Source: Nitrosopumilus sp. (lineage in GTDB: Archaea; Thermoproteota; Nitrososphaeria; Nitrososphaerales; Nitrosopumilaceae). From it: a DNA stretch of 64,000 bases. Shown piece by piece: positions 17,942 to 27,776 of the stretch. A program made the position numbers and the translations under genes. The notes under the pieces were generated by a model, which was not told the DNA's origin, ran no database searches, and worked only from the letters and a program-made list of their open reading frames with translations. Within the stretch, counting starts at the first letter, position 1; each line of letters starts with the position of its first letter. Location: the NCBI GenBank assembly GCA_029861785.1, contig JAOTYR010000001.1, positions 2,636 to 66,635 on the forward strand, read 5' to 3'.

Positions 17942-18709
17942 ATGAACATATCTGATAAAACTAGAAGGGCCCTAGAAAAAATTGGATTAACTAGCTACGA
18001 AACAAGGACATTTACTTCATTACTAAAAGATGGGGAGCTTACAGCATCCGATCTTAGTCAAAAATCGGGAGTTCCTTATTCTAAAATTTATGAGGTGTTA
18101 GGAACACTTGAGGAAAAAGGTTGGATAGGTTCGGATGATTCCAGGCCAACAAAATACTTCGCCAAGTCGCCATCAACGGGGCTGGAAACTACAAAACAAA
18201 AGATAGAAAGAGATTTTTCAGAAAATCAAAATATTATTCTAAATGAATTAGTTCCCTTATATGAAAAAAGTGGAACCAGTGAGAAACCAGATATCTGGGT
18301 ACTTTCTGGTGCAGTAAATATTACTACAAAAATTTTAGAAATGGTCGAATCTTGTAGAAATGAAGTAATGATTGCAATACCAGAAGCTGGGCAAGAGCTG
18401 GTTAAGTTATCCTTGCCAAAGCTAAGATTACTTCATGATAAAGGAGTTAAAATTACTCTTCTTACTTCGGATAAAATGGATAAAGTTGCAATAACTGCTA
18501 TCAAAAGGGTGGCAAATGTAAAAATTAAAAAAGGATTGTTTGGAGGAGGTATAATTTCTGATAAAAGATATGTTGTAATTTTATTAGGTCCAGAAAGAGG
18601 AGAGGGAAAATCCAATGAAATAGTTGCAATTTGGGCAGATCATGCCGGATTAGCAGTTTTTGCAAGAGAATATTTTGAATATTTATTAAAAGATTCAAAG
18701 AAGGTCTGA
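17942..18709 (+). CDS. TrmB-family transcriptional regulator
   Basis: N-terminal TrmB winged helix (LEKIGLTSYETRTFTSLLKDGELTASDLSQKSGVPYSKIYEVLGTLEEKGWI) plus a C-terminal effector-like domain. Confidence 0.8.
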   Translation: MNISDKTRRALEKIGLTSYETRTFTSLLKDGELTASDLSQKSGVPYSKIYEVLGTLEEKGWIGSDDSRPTKYFAKSPSTGLETTKQKIERDFSENQNIILNELVPLYEKSGTSEKPDIWVLSGAVNITTKILEMVESCRNEVMIAIPEAGQELVKLSLPKLRLLHDKGVKITLLTSDKMDKVAITAIKRVANVKIKKGLFGGGIISDKRYVVILLGPERGEGKSNEIVAIWADHAGLAVFAREYFEYLLKDSKKV

Positions 18710-18710
18710 T

Positions 18711-19169
18711 ATGGACATATTAGATGACGAAACTCTGTTTGTTGGAACTGCGGAAGCTGAACATGTTGAGATGTATCTAAAAGCCATTTGGCACATTAAA
18801 GAACGTGGTGGGGAAGTAAAAATTAGCACTATTGCAAAAATGCTTAATGTTAGACAACCAAGTGTTGTCCAGATGTTAAAAAAATTAAATGAGAGAAATT
18901 TAGTAAATTACAACAAAGCAGGAGTCGTTCTAACCGAAGAAGGTGAAAAAGTCGGTTCCAGTATGATGAGAAATAGTAGATTATTAGAAGTCCTAATGGA
19001 TAGTGCACTCAAAGTGGAAATAGATGAAGAAATGGTATGTGGTATTGAACATCATATGAATAAACAATTTACAGATGCACTTTGTACGATGTTAAAACAT
19101 CCTAGAAAATGCCCTCATGATCATGATATCCCAGTTGGAGAATGTTGTAAAGTAGAAATTCAAAATTAA
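18711..19169 (+). CDS. DtxR/MntR-family metal-dependent transcriptional regulator
   Basis: DtxR-type HTH (EMYLKAIWHIKERGGEVKISTIAKMLNVRQPSVVQMLKKL) and a dimerisation/metal-site region with His/Cys (CGIEHH, KCPHDHDIP). It starts 2 nt after the TrmB stop. Confidence 0.8.
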   Translation: MDILDDETLFVGTAEAEHVEMYLKAIWHIKERGGEVKISTIAKMLNVRQPSVVQMLKKLNERNLVNYNKAGVVLTEEGEKVGSSMMRNSRLLEVLMDSALKVEIDEEMVCGIEHHMNKQFTDALCTMLKHPRKCPHDHDIPVGECCKVEIQN

Positions 19170-19221
19170 AGAAGAGCTGTTTATCCCAAAAGATATATCG
19201 TCAGATAAATTATTTATCCTT

Positions 19222-19386
19222 ATGGCATGTTTTTGTGGTTGTGAAACTTATCAAAAAGATGATGATGGTTACAAAGTTGCTTGTGTAAAATGTGGTCATG
19301 GTCTTCAAAATCATGATGATGAATTTAGAGAAGCCGCAAGAAAAAATGAATCACAAAGTCAAAAAAGAGATGCTGACTTTGGATAG
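19222..19386 (+). CDS. Cys/His-rich micro-protein (54 aa), hypothetical
   Basis: ATG ORF below the track cutoff: MACFCGCETYQKDDDGYKVACVKCGHGLQNHDDEFREAARKNESQSQKRDADFG. It has CxCxC plus CxxCxH motifs and lies 52 nt downstream of the DtxR-family gene. Confidence 0.4.
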   Translation: MACFCGCETYQKDDDGYKVACVKCGHGLQNHDDEFREAARKNESQSQKRDADFG

Positions 19387-19391
19387 TTTGT

Positions 19392-19811
19392 TTACTCCCC
19401 AATAATTTTTACTAGAACTCGTTTTGGTCTTCGCCCATCAAATTCCCCATAGAAAATTTGTTCCCATGGACCAAAATCTAGTTCCCCATTTGTAATTGCT
19501 ACTACAACCTCTCTTCCCATTATTTGCCGTTTTAAATGAGCATCCGCATTATCCTCCCCTGTTTTATTGTGATTGTACTGTTCTGTTGGTTCATGGGGAG
19601 CAAGACCCTCTAACCATTTTTCATAATCCTGATGTAAGCCACTTTCATTATCATTAATGAACACACTTGCTGTGATATGCATTGCATTTACAAGACATAA
19701 TCCTTCTTGGATTTTGCTTTTTGTAACCAATTTTCTTATATTAGGAGTGATGTTAATCAACGCTCTTCTAGTTTTTATATTAAATTCAAGATATTCTGTT
19801 GAGAATTTCAT
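19392..19811 (-). CDS. YjbQ/UPF0047 family protein (secondary thiamine-phosphate synthase-like)
   Basis: Family motifs [23 protein letters not shown] and NADAHLK. 139 aa. Confidence 0.8.
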   Translation of the reverse strand: MKFSTEYLEFNIKTRRALINITPNIRKLVTKSKIQEGLCLVNAMHITASVFINDNESGLHQDYEKWLEGLAPHEPTEQYNHNKTGEDNADAHLKRQIMGREVVVAITNGELDFGPWEQIFYGEFDGRRPKRVLVKIIGE

Positions 19812-19983
19812 GAATTAAAATAATCGATCTATCATAAAAATTCTAAAAGCAGGCTCAGAACTCAAGATCCTCATCATCAATCATAGGGATAAAAACATCA
19901 CTGCCTGCAAAGGAAAATTTGTTCTGAGACTAATTGAGTCTTTCAAGAAGCTTGATAAATGGCCAATTGCTCAATCTTTCAAA

Positions 19984-20397
19984 ATGGTTACAATTGATAT
20001 GGCTACTTCACTTGAAAGTTTTAGAAAATTTATCATATCAAGTACATGTAAATCATATGCTCCCAGAAGCTATTTAGAGGATTATGAGGTTTTTGCTGAA
20101 AGAGAGGAGAGTTTAGGTAGCATTTACGTTGAGGCAGCAGATAAAGTAACCTTGAAAAAAATACGAGATATTACTTTTGTCAATGCAAGAGATGTGCTTG
20201 GAATAATCTACAATTCAAAAAGTGGAAATACTTCCTTAAAGTGGCGTCAGATTAAAAGAGATAACGGAAAAGTTACAGGTGAGGCTTCTTCAAATTCATT
20301 AACAAATTTAGCTGAATCAGGTGTTCTAACATTAGATTGGGTAGAAAATTATCTAAAGAAAAAAGCAAACGATAAAAATTCAGAAGTTAATAGCTAA
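19984..20397 (+). CDS. Hypothetical protein
   Basis: 137-aa ORF with no recognisable motif. The frame is open for ~55 codons upstream of the ATG with no canonical start there. Confidence 0.4.
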   Translation: MVTIDMATSLESFRKFIISSTCKSYAPRSYLEDYEVFAEREESLGSIYVEAADKVTLKKIRDITFVNARDVLGIIYNSKSGNTSLKWRQIKRDNGKVTGEASSNSLTNLAESGVLTLDWVENYLKKKANDKNSEVNS

Positions 20398-20429
20398 ACT
20401 CTTTTTTCTTTGATTCCTATTGTATTATT

Positions 20430-21479
20430 ATGATTACAAAGATTATTGATGAAAATTCAATCTCTATAATTCCTGAAGATTCAGATGATTTGTTCAATCT
20501 TAGGCGTATAATAAAAGAGGGCGATACAGTTGTAGGTGACACTACTAGAGTAATAAAACAAGAAAAGGATTATTCAAGACCCGATAAAGGGGAAAGGATC
20601 AAAGTTCGAATTGCACTTAATGTAGAAAAAATTTCACTTGATGATGTTTTAGATAGATTAAGAATAGGTGGAACCATTTCTGAATCAAGCAATGAATTGG
20701 TACCGCATGGATCGCATCACTCATTTATTCTAAAAGTCAATGATGGTATTACAATTACAAAAAAAAATTGGTTACCAGTTGAAAAGAATTTAGTTGAGTC
20801 AAATAATAAACAAATCGGTTTTTTGCTAGTTGCTATTGATACAGGTGATTGTGGGATTGCAAGATTAAAAGGAACGCATTTACAGTTTATTCCAAATATT
20901 TATTCAGGTTGGGGAGGAAAAAGATACAAAACTAATTTTAATCTTGAAAAATTTTTTGAACAAGTTCAGCAGGCCATATTTTCTATCATTCAAGATATAG
21001 ATTCCATTATCATTTTTGGTCCAGGAGAAACAAAAAAACGATTTGCAAATTTTCTTCAAAAACCTCAAACCAAGAAACTTAAAGTTCAGGTTATCGATGG
21101 AATAGATTCAGGAGGAGAAGATGGTATTTACATATTTACTAAATCTCAAACCATGAAAGAGATAATGTCTGAAAGCAAATTAGCTAAAGTTTCTTCCATT
21201 ATTGATGAAATCATGACCATGGCAAATAAAAAAAGTAAAAAATTTACAATGGGTTTTGAAGAAACATTCAAAGCAAATCAATTTGGTGCAGTTGAATCAC
21301 TTGTTTTCTCAGACAAAGTAATTCAAACATATAATGAAAAAAAAGTAATTGATTTTCTCAATGATGCAGAAAGTAAAGGTGTAAAGACATATGGTGTTGA
21401 TTCTTCCACGGATATTGGTCTTAGAGTAACTGGTCTTGGAGGAATTGTTTCATTATTACGATTTCCTGTTGAATCTTAA
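20430..21479 (+). CDS. pelA: Pelota (Dom34) mRNA surveillance/ribosome rescue factor
   Basis: 349 aa. N-terminal Sm-like domain (ISIIPEDSDDLFNLRRIIKEGDTV), then eRF1-like central and C-terminal domains. Confidence 0.85.
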   Translation: MITKIIDENSISIIPEDSDDLFNLRRIIKEGDTVVGDTTRVIKQEKDYSRPDKGERIKVRIALNVEKISLDDVLDRLRIGGTISESSNELVPHGSHHSFILKVNDGITITKKNWLPVEKNLVESNNKQIGFLLVAIDTGDCGIARLKGTHLQFIPNIYSGWGGKRYKTNFNLEKFFEQVQQAIFSIIQDIDSIIIFGPGETKKRFANFLQKPQTKKLKVQVIDGIDSGGEDGIYIFTKSQTMKEIMSESKLAKVSSIIDEIMTMANKKSKKFTMGFEETFKANQFGAVESLVFSDKVIQTYNEKKVIDFLNDAESKGVKTYGVDSSTDIGLRVTGLGGIVSLLRFPVES

Positions 21480-21784
21480 GTAGAATCTTTCAACCATTCA
21501 AGATAAGGTTTGTTAATTGATTGGACATTAATTTCTGCTATTTCAGGAATATCATAGGGATGAGAAGATTGGATTTTTTCTTTTAGGATTTTTTTATTTT
21601 TGTGGGTGGTCTTAAACAAAGCCAGATATTCTGATGAATTTTTAATTTTACCTTGCCATGCATAAACAGAAGAAATTTTTGAAATGTTAACACACGCAAC
21701 AATTTTGGCTTTAACTAATTCATTTGAAATTTTGATAACCGATTTTTTGTCGGGATAAGTTGAGACAATTATCGTTGGCTTCAT
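21476..21784 (-). CDS. cutA: Divalent-cation tolerance protein CutA
   Basis: 102 aa. CutA signature AKIVACVNI...SVYAWQGKI...EYLALFKT. Shares 4 nt with the convergent pelota stop. Confidence 0.85.
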   Translation of the reverse strand: MKPTIIVSTYPDKKSVIKISNELVKAKIVACVNISKISSVYAWQGKIKNSSEYLALFKTTHKNKKILKEKIQSSHPYDIPEIAEINVQSINKPYLEWLKDST

Positions 21785-21827
21785 AGTAAACGATAAATGG
21801 CCGAGGTTTAAAAAATTAACAATTAGT

Positions 21828-23024
21828 TTGGAACTTGATTTTATTACTCAAAATTCGATTATCTATGTGTTAATAGCTTGGGTGGTAATTGTGGTAACAG
21901 CCAAGGGTTTAAAACTTGAAAAATATGGGGTTGAAATCAAAGCTTATAGTCTTGTTTACAAAAATAAACAAGTTCAAACCGTATTAACAAAAATTCTGGG
22001 GCGTACGAGGAGAGGAATTAGAGTATTTGCAGATGTAAGTGTTATAGCAGGTTTTATTATGATGGGATTTGCATTTTGGTTTTTGTTAGATAATGTTTCA
22101 AAGTTTTTTGTAGCACCTACAGATTTTTCAGAACTTACTGTTTTAATTCCTGGAGTGACTTTAACCTCTTCAGCATCAATTACATATTTTCTTTTATCAA
22201 TTCCAATAGTTTTAGTTGTTCATGAAGGTGCACATGGAATAGTAGCAGCGTTAGAAAAAATTAAGATAAAGACTGGAGGATTTGCAATTTTTATTGCAAT
22301 GTTTGCAGGATTTGTAGAACCAGATGAGGAAGAGTTTAACAAAGCAAAAAAGATTTCAAAATTAAGAGTTATTGGAGCAGGAGCTACTGCAAATGTAATT
22401 TTCGCATTTGTTTTAGGAGCAATTCTCTTGACAAATCCATTATTTGCTTTGATAATGCCGGAGCCTCTATTAAGTATCTTTTATGAATTACCTCAAGGTG
22501 TTTTGATTCTTTCCATAATTGAGAATTCAGGAGCTGAGCAAGCAGGACTGTTGTCAAATGATATTATTACGTCAATAAATGGAATATCAATTTTGAGTCC
22601 GGTTGATTTTCCCAGTCTAAGTCCTGGAGAAACTGCCGATGTTTCTGTTCTAAGAAGTGGAGAAAAATTAGATTTTTCAGTTGAAATCATGCCATCTCCT
22701 GAAGATGCTGAAAGAGGTTTGATTGGAATAATGCGTGACAATTCTTTGGCATACAAACCTGTTTTAAATTTTATCGAATGGAATGATCCAGGTGTTTCAA
22801 TGTTTTTGTTATGGTTATGGATGATTTCCTTTTTCATTGGTATAATCAATATGCTTCCACTACCCATTTTGGATGGTGGAAAATTTGTTCATACTATTAT
22901 TGATCAGAGATTATCAGAAAAATTAGTTAATGGAATAATGTGGGGAATCTATGGGTTTACTTTTGCCTTGTTTGGATTAAATATAGCATTATCATATATT
23001 AAATCGGGTTGGTTTACAATCTAA
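21828..23024 (+). CDS. Site-2 protease (M50 family) with PDZ domain
   Basis: Multi-TM protein with the HExxH motif (VVHEGAHGIVA), an internal PDZ-like segment (GAEQAGLLSNDIITSINGI) and the downstream M50 motif NMLPLPILDGG. Confidence 0.85.
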   Translation: MELDFITQNSIIYVLIAWVVIVVTAKGLKLEKYGVEIKAYSLVYKNKQVQTVLTKILGRTRRGIRVFADVSVIAGFIMMGFAFWFLLDNVSKFFVAPTDFSELTVLIPGVTLTSSASITYFLLSIPIVLVVHEGAHGIVAALEKIKIKTGGFAIFIAMFAGFVEPDEEEFNKAKKISKLRVIGAGATANVIFAFVLGAILLTNPLFALIMPEPLLSIFYELPQGVLILSIIENSGAEQAGLLSNDIITSINGISILSPVDFPSLSPGETADVSVLRSGEKLDFSVEIMPSPEDAERGLIGIMRDNSLAYKPVLNFIEWNDPGVSMFLLWLWMISFFIGIINMLPLPILDGGKFVHTIIDQRLSEKLVNGIMWGIYGFTFALFGLNIALSYIKSGWFTI

Positions 23025-23059
23025 AAAATTCCTAAAGAATAATTAATGAAAAATTTAGG

Positions 23060-23983
23060 GTGAGATCAATGAAATGCGATAGATGCGATAATCAGATTGC
23101 ATTTACTAGGAAGTATTCTGGTGAGAAACTTTGTTCTAAATGTTTTTCAAATTCAATATTGCGTAAAACAGCTAAAACTATTTCAAAATATAAAATGGTT
23201 CAAAATGATGAACTTGTTGCAGTTGCAGTCTCTGGAGGAAAGGATTCACTTGCACTCCTAAATATTATGAATAAAATGGCAAAAAATCATAATTTTAGAA
23301 TTAAGGCGGTTACTATAGATGAAGGAATATCGGGATATAGAAATGAAGCCCTTGAAATTGTAGAAAAGTTTTGCCAAAATCTAAATGTGGAATTAAGCAC
23401 GTTTTCCTTTAAAGAATTATTTGAATTAACATTAGATGAAGCACTAGATTTAAGAGAAAATGAGAAAAAAACTTCTTGTTCTATTTGTGGAACTTTGCGT
23501 AGAAGGGCAATGGAATATGCGGCAAAAGATATTGGTGCAAAGGTAATAGCTACTGGTCATAATTTAGACGATACTTTACAAACTTTTGTCATAAACATGT
23601 TATCTGGCGACACAAGTAAAGTAGGTTGGATGGACCCAGACACTTCTGGAAATTCATTAAGAAAAATTAAACCATTTTCCGAAATTTATGAATCAGAAAT
23701 TGTATTTTATGCATTTACAAATAATATTCCCTTTCAATCTGAACCATGTCCACACATGAGTGAAGGTATTAGAACAGAAATTAGAGAATTTCTAAATTCA
23801 TTAGAGAATAAACATAGTGGAATAAAAAATAATCTATATCAATCAATAATTAGAGTATCTCAAATTGTAAAAGATTCCAATAAAAAGCAAAAAAAAATTT
23901 GTGAAAAATGTGGATGTGAGTGTACTGGCATTACCTGTTCTGTCTGCAATGTTGTTTTAAAACTAAAAGGAAACAAAACCTAA
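23060..23983 (+). CDS. PP-loop ATPase, tRNA 2-thiolation enzyme (NcsA/Ctu1 or TtuA family)
   Basis: PP-loop SGGKDS flanked by N-terminal (CDRC...CSKC) and C-terminal (CEKCGCEC...CSVC) zinc-finger motifs. Central CSICG and GHNLDD motifs. Confidence 0.75.
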   Translation: MRSMKCDRCDNQIAFTRKYSGEKLCSKCFSNSILRKTAKTISKYKMVQNDELVAVAVSGGKDSLALLNIMNKMAKNHNFRIKAVTIDEGISGYRNEALEIVEKFCQNLNVELSTFSFKELFELTLDEALDLRENEKKTSCSICGTLRRRAMEYAAKDIGAKVIATGHNLDDTLQTFVINMLSGDTSKVGWMDPDTSGNSLRKIKPFSEIYESEIVFYAFTNNIPFQSEPCPHMSEGIRTEIREFLNSLENKHSGIKNNLYQSIIRVSQIVKDSNKKQKKICEKCGCECTGITCSVCNVVLKLKGNKT

Positions 23984-23986
23984 TGC

Positions 23987-23994
23987 AAATATAA
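23987..23994 (+). promoter_or_regulatory. Putative TATA box for the SRP RNA gene
   Basis: AAATATAA centred ~25 nt upstream of the predicted SRP RNA 5' end. Confidence 0.35.
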
Positions 23995-24014
23995 CAATAC
24001 TTTCAAAGAAAAAT

Positions 24015-24330
24015 GGTAGTAGGGAGGATCAGGGTGCCAGCCGTGCCCTATTCTGAAACCGGCTATATGCAGAGATCAGTAACTGTTGGGTAAATCTCTA
24101 GATTGGTAATTCCCGCTTGGTGTGCGGAAATGAAATCACGCCGAGGCGGGTGGTTACAGGACTAGAACTATCCGAAGGGATAACTTCTAAGACCGAACCA
24201 TCGAAAGGGATGAGGTCCGGGAGGGAGCAATCCTAAGGTGGAGCATCCACGCTTCCTCGTCTACGTGGCGGATCTTGTATGCCTTGAAATGGGGCTATCC
24301 GTTTAGACTGGAACCAACAGACCTGCTACC
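24015..24330 (+). ncRNA. Signal recognition particle RNA (archaeal 7S RNA)
   Basis: ~316-nt GC-rich island in AT-rich DNA. The ends pair (5' GGTAGTAGG with 3' CCTGCTACC). The helix-8 motif GAGGTCCGGGAGGGAGCAATCCTAAGG resembles the recalled archaeal consensus (GGCCCGGAAGGGAGCAACGGUAGG). No ORF. Confidence 0.85.
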
Positions 24331-24377
24331 ATTAATTTATGATTTTTAATTTATATTATAAAATCTAAATTTATTAT

Positions 24378-24656
24378 CTAGTATAACACATCAAACTTTG
24401 AAAATTCATTTGTAAATTTTTCATTTCTAATATCTACGTCTTCAACTCTAGCGTTAGCCGGCCCACCATGACACCATTCTACTATAGTACTTACATTTTC
24501 TTCATTGCCTTCAAGAATGGCTTCTACTCTTCCATCATCAAGATTTTTTACCCACCCTAAAACATTATTTTGTTTAGCTTTTACTTTTAGAGTTTGTCGA
24601 AAAAAAACTCCTTGTACCTTTCCTTTTACAAAAACTCTAATCCTTTGATTAGTCAT
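24378..24656 (-). CDS. acyP: Acylphosphatase
   Basis: 92 aa. Signature VKGKVQGVFFR and GWVKNLDDGRVE. Confidence 0.9.
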   Translation of the reverse strand: MTNQRIRVFVKGKVQGVFFRQTLKVKAKQNNVLGWVKNLDDGRVEAILEGNEENVSTIVEWCHGGPANARVEDVDIRNEKFTNEFSKFDVLY

Positions 24657-24717
24657 TCAGAAATTAGGATTCTTAAGTTATTTATCAATTTTAGGTTGTA
24701 ATAGACACTTGTAGAAT

Positions 24718-25452
24718 CTACTTTCTTTCTTTAATTCTAGCTCTACCAGTTTTTCTTGCAGCAATACTTCCCACTTTTGCACCTGGTGGAGCATCACGGG
24801 AAACTGTAGAGCTTTGTCCAACATGTTGATGTCTACCACCTCCATGAGGGTGAACATATGCGGCTTGGGCGACACCTCTTACAATTGGATATTTTTGTCC
24901 TTTAGATCTGAAACTTCGCCATTTGTTACCTGCCAACATAAAGGGTCTATCAGTAGAACCGCCACCAGCAAGAGTACCAATCATAGCTCTGTTTTTAGGA
25001 TTAAGTGTGATAAATTTTCCAGATGGAAGCTTTATGGTAACTCCTTCTTCTCCATGTGAGAATACGGTTGCATCAGTTCCCGCAGATTTTACAATAGCAC
25101 CGCCATCGCCAAAGTGTCTTTCAATATTACAAACAATAGTACCATCAGGGATGTTCTGGACACTAATCACATTTCCCTTCTCGATAATTGATTTTAAACC
25201 AAAATTCAAAATTGTGCCAACTCTTGTTCCAAGAACTGCAGGTACAAAAGAAACAGAACCGTCTTCAAATCTTACTTTGGAAAGGGGAGCTTCTCTACCA
25301 CGCTCATGAACTAAATCAATTACTTCTCCGGTATGTTGCTCAGATAAGGGAAAACGTGGATACTTGGCCTGATGTCCTATTTTACCAGTTGAAGTCGCTC
25401 TAAATTGATTTCCTCCACGGCCACGTCTTCTTACTAATGGTCTTTTACCCAA
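24718..25452 (-). CDS. rpl2: 50S ribosomal protein L2 (uL2)
   Basis: 244 aa. uL2 signatures (GRNxxGxIT-like core, PHGGGRHQHVGQSSTV). Confidence 0.95.
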   Translation of the reverse strand: MGKRPLVRRRGRGGNQFRATSTGKIGHQAKYPRFPLSEQHTGEVIDLVHERGREAPLSKVRFEDGSVSFVPAVLGTRVGTILNFGLKSIIEKGNVISVQNIPDGTIVCNIERHFGDGGAIVKSAGTDATVFSHGEEGVTIKLPSGKFITLNPKNRAMIGTLAGGGSTDRPFMLAGNKWRSFRSKGQKYPIVRGVAQAAYVHPHGGGRHQHVGQSSTVSRDAPPGAKVGSIAARKTGRARIKERK

Positions 25453-25555
25453 GTAGATCGTTTCCTGCTTAATGTAGATTTTAAGCTTGTGATTTTATGC
25501 TGTTTTCGATGAAAACACCACAAAGGTATAAAAATTAGACGACTGAATTTCATTT

Positions 25556-27742
25556 ATGAGTCAGAATGCTCTTTCATTGAAAGTGTTAGAAGCTTATACC
25601 CGAGATGTTGGTCGTGGAGTAGCAAGAATTGATTATGATTCTATGGATACACTTGGGGCATCAACTGGTGATGTAATTGAAATAAAAGGTAAGAGAAGAA
25701 CTGTTGCAAAATGTCTTCCACTTTACCCTTCAGATGAGGGAAAGGGAATTATTAGAATCGATGGGTTAGGTCGAAATAATTCTGGAATCGCTATAGGAGA
25801 CACTATTACAGTGAGAAAAATTAAAGCAGTAGCTGCTGAAAAAGTGGTAGTTGCTCCATTAGAGGCAATTCCTCCAATTGATGAAAGATATTTAGCTGAT
25901 GCACTAGAAAGTGTACCTTTGATAAAGGGGGATAATGTAATGGTTCCATATTTTGGTGGACGTTTAACTTTTCAAGTTATTGGTGTAACGCCAGGAGCTG
26001 ATGCAGTATTGGTTACTCAAAAAACTGTTTTTCATATTGCTGAAAAAGGAGAGACATTACGAGGCGTTCCTCAAGTAACGTATGAAGATATTGGTGGAAT
26101 TCAAGATGAGATTAAAAAAGTAAGAGAAATGATTGAATTGCCATTAAGGCATCCTGAAATATTTGAAAAATTAGGAATAGAAGCTCCAAAAGGCGTTTTA
26201 TTATTTGGTCCTCCCGGGACCGGTAAAACATTACTTGCAAAGGCAGTTGCAAATGAGAGTCAAGCTCATTTCATTAGCATATCAGGTCCTGAAATTATGA
26301 GTAAGTTTTATGGTGAAAGTGAAGCTAGATTACGAGAGATTTTCAAAGAAGCAAGGGAAAAAGCACCTTCTATTATTTTTGTAGATGAAATTGATTCTAT
26401 TGCACCAAAAAGAGAAGAAGTAACTGGAGAAGTTGAAAGAAGGGTTGTTTCACAAATGTTATCTTTAATGGATGGTTTAGAGGCAAGGGGAAGAGTAATC
26501 GTAATTGCTGCAACAAATAGACCAAATGCAATTGATCCTGCTCTACGAAGACCTGGAAGATTTGATAGAGAAATTGAAATCAAAGTTCCAGATAAGAGGG
26601 GAAGAAAAGACATTCTCTCTATTCATAGTAGAAACATGCCTTTGACTGATGATGTTGATATTGACAAAATTGCGAGTGTCAGCCATGGATATGTTGGAGC
26701 AGATTTAGAATACCTATGTAAAGAAGCTGCAATGAAATGTTTGAGAAGATTACTTCCCGTATTAAATTTGGAAGAGGAAAAGATACCTCCAGAGACTCTA
26801 GAACAACTAATTGTAAACCATGAAGACTTTCAAAAAGCTTTGATTGAAGTAACACCGTCAGGAATGAGAGAAGTATTCATTGAAAATCCAGATGTTAAGT
26901 GGGATGATGTAGGAGGATTAGAGGATGTAAAACGTGAACTTCAAGAAGCAGTTGAATGGCCAATGAAATATCCAGGGCTTTACGATAAATTAGGACATAG
27001 AATGCCTAGAGGAATTTTACTTCATGGTCCTAGTGGTACAGGAAAAACCCTTCTAGCTAAAGCAGTTGCTACAGAAAGTGAGGCAAATTTCGTTTCTGTT
27101 AGAGGTCCAGAATTATTATCAAAATGGGTAGGAGAATCAGAACGTGGAATAAGAGAAATTTTTAGAAGAGCAAGACAAGCATCGCCATGCGTAGTATTTT
27201 TTGATGAAATTGATTCAATTGCACCAATTAGAGGGGCAGGGGGCGAAACCGCTGTTACTGAAAGAGTCGTTAGTCAATTACTAACTGAGTTAGATGGCAT
27301 GGAAAATATGCATGGAGTAGTTGTATTAGCTGCTACTAACAGAGCAGATATGATTGATCCAGCATTGCTTAGACCAGGAAGATTTGATAAAATTATACAA
27401 ATTCCATTACCAGATAAAGAAAGTAGGAAGATGATAATTAAAATTGGCTCAAAGATAATTCCAGTTATTGATGATGTTAATGATCCACAACATGTTGATT
27501 ACGATAAAATTGCAGAATTAACTGATGGGTTAAGTGGTGCAGATGTTGCCGCTATTGCAAATACTGCGGTTTCGTTAGTTATTCATGAATTTTTGGATAA
27601 ACAGCCAGATCTTAAGGACGTTGAAAAGAGCTCTGAAAATGCCAAGGTCACAATGAAACATTTTGAAGAAGCAGTAAAGAAAGTACGCGAACAAAAAGAC
27701 CTCAAGATAGGCGAAAAATTGGTAGCTTCCTATTACAGGTAG
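25556..27742 (+). CDS. cdc48: CDC48/VCP-type AAA+ ATPase
   Basis: N-domain ([19 protein letters not shown]) followed by two AAA modules with Walker A motifs [13 protein letters not shown] and [13 protein letters not shown]. 728 aa. Confidence 0.95.
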   Translation: MSQNALSLKVLEAYTRDVGRGVARIDYDSMDTLGASTGDVIEIKGKRRTVAKCLPLYPSDEGKGIIRIDGLGRNNSGIAIGDTITVRKIKAVAAEKVVVAPLEAIPPIDERYLADALESVPLIKGDNVMVPYFGGRLTFQVIGVTPGADAVLVTQKTVFHIAEKGETLRGVPQVTYEDIGGIQDEIKKVREMIELPLRHPEIFEKLGIEAPKGVLLFGPPGTGKTLLAKAVANESQAHFISISGPEIMSKFYGESEARLREIFKEAREKAPSIIFVDEIDSIAPKREEVTGEVERRVVSQMLSLMDGLEARGRVIVIAATNRPNAIDPALRRPGRFDREIEIKVPDKRGRKDILSIHSRNMPLTDDVDIDKIASVSHGYVGADLEYLCKEAAMKCLRRLLPVLNLEEEKIPPETLEQLIVNHEDFQKALIEVTPSGMREVFIENPDVKWDDVGGLEDVKRELQEAVEWPMKYPGLYDKLGHRMPRGILLHGPSGTGKTLLAKAVATESEANFVSVRGPELLSKWVGESERGIREIFRRARQASPCVVFFDEIDSIAPIRGAGGETAVTERVVSQLLTELDGMENMHGVVVLAATNRADMIDPALLRPGRFDKIIQIPLPDKESRKMIIKIGSKIIPVIDDVNDPQHVDYDKIAELTDGLSGADVAAIANTAVSLVIHEFLDKQPDLKDVEKSSENAKVTMKHFEEAVKKVREQKDLKIGEKLVASYYR

Positions 27743-27776
27743 TTTTTATTAAATAGACAAAAAGTAGTTCTGGTAA

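Noticed and set aside
19812-19983. An N-terminal extension of the hypothetical gene at 19984. The frame is open ~55 codons upstream and reads protein-like (…ELKILIINHRDKNITACKGKFVLRLIESFKKLDKW…).
   Set aside because: There is no ATG, GTG or TTG start in that stretch, and the region must also hold the divergent promoters for yjbQ and this gene. I kept the ATG at 19984, but the start is uncertain.
24015-24330. The GC-rich ~316-nt RNA could have been RNase P RNA.
   Set aside because: I found no GAGGAAAGUCC-type P4/CR-I element or other RNase P conserved regions. The GGUCCGGGAGGGAGCA helix-8-like motif and the ~300-nt terminally paired rod fit SRP RNA instead.
25556-27742. Inteins in the large informational proteins (Cdc48, Lhr 40274..43027, PriS, GatE).
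   Set aside because: All have lengths normal for their families. Their conserved motifs are contiguous, with no insertion bearing intein block residues.
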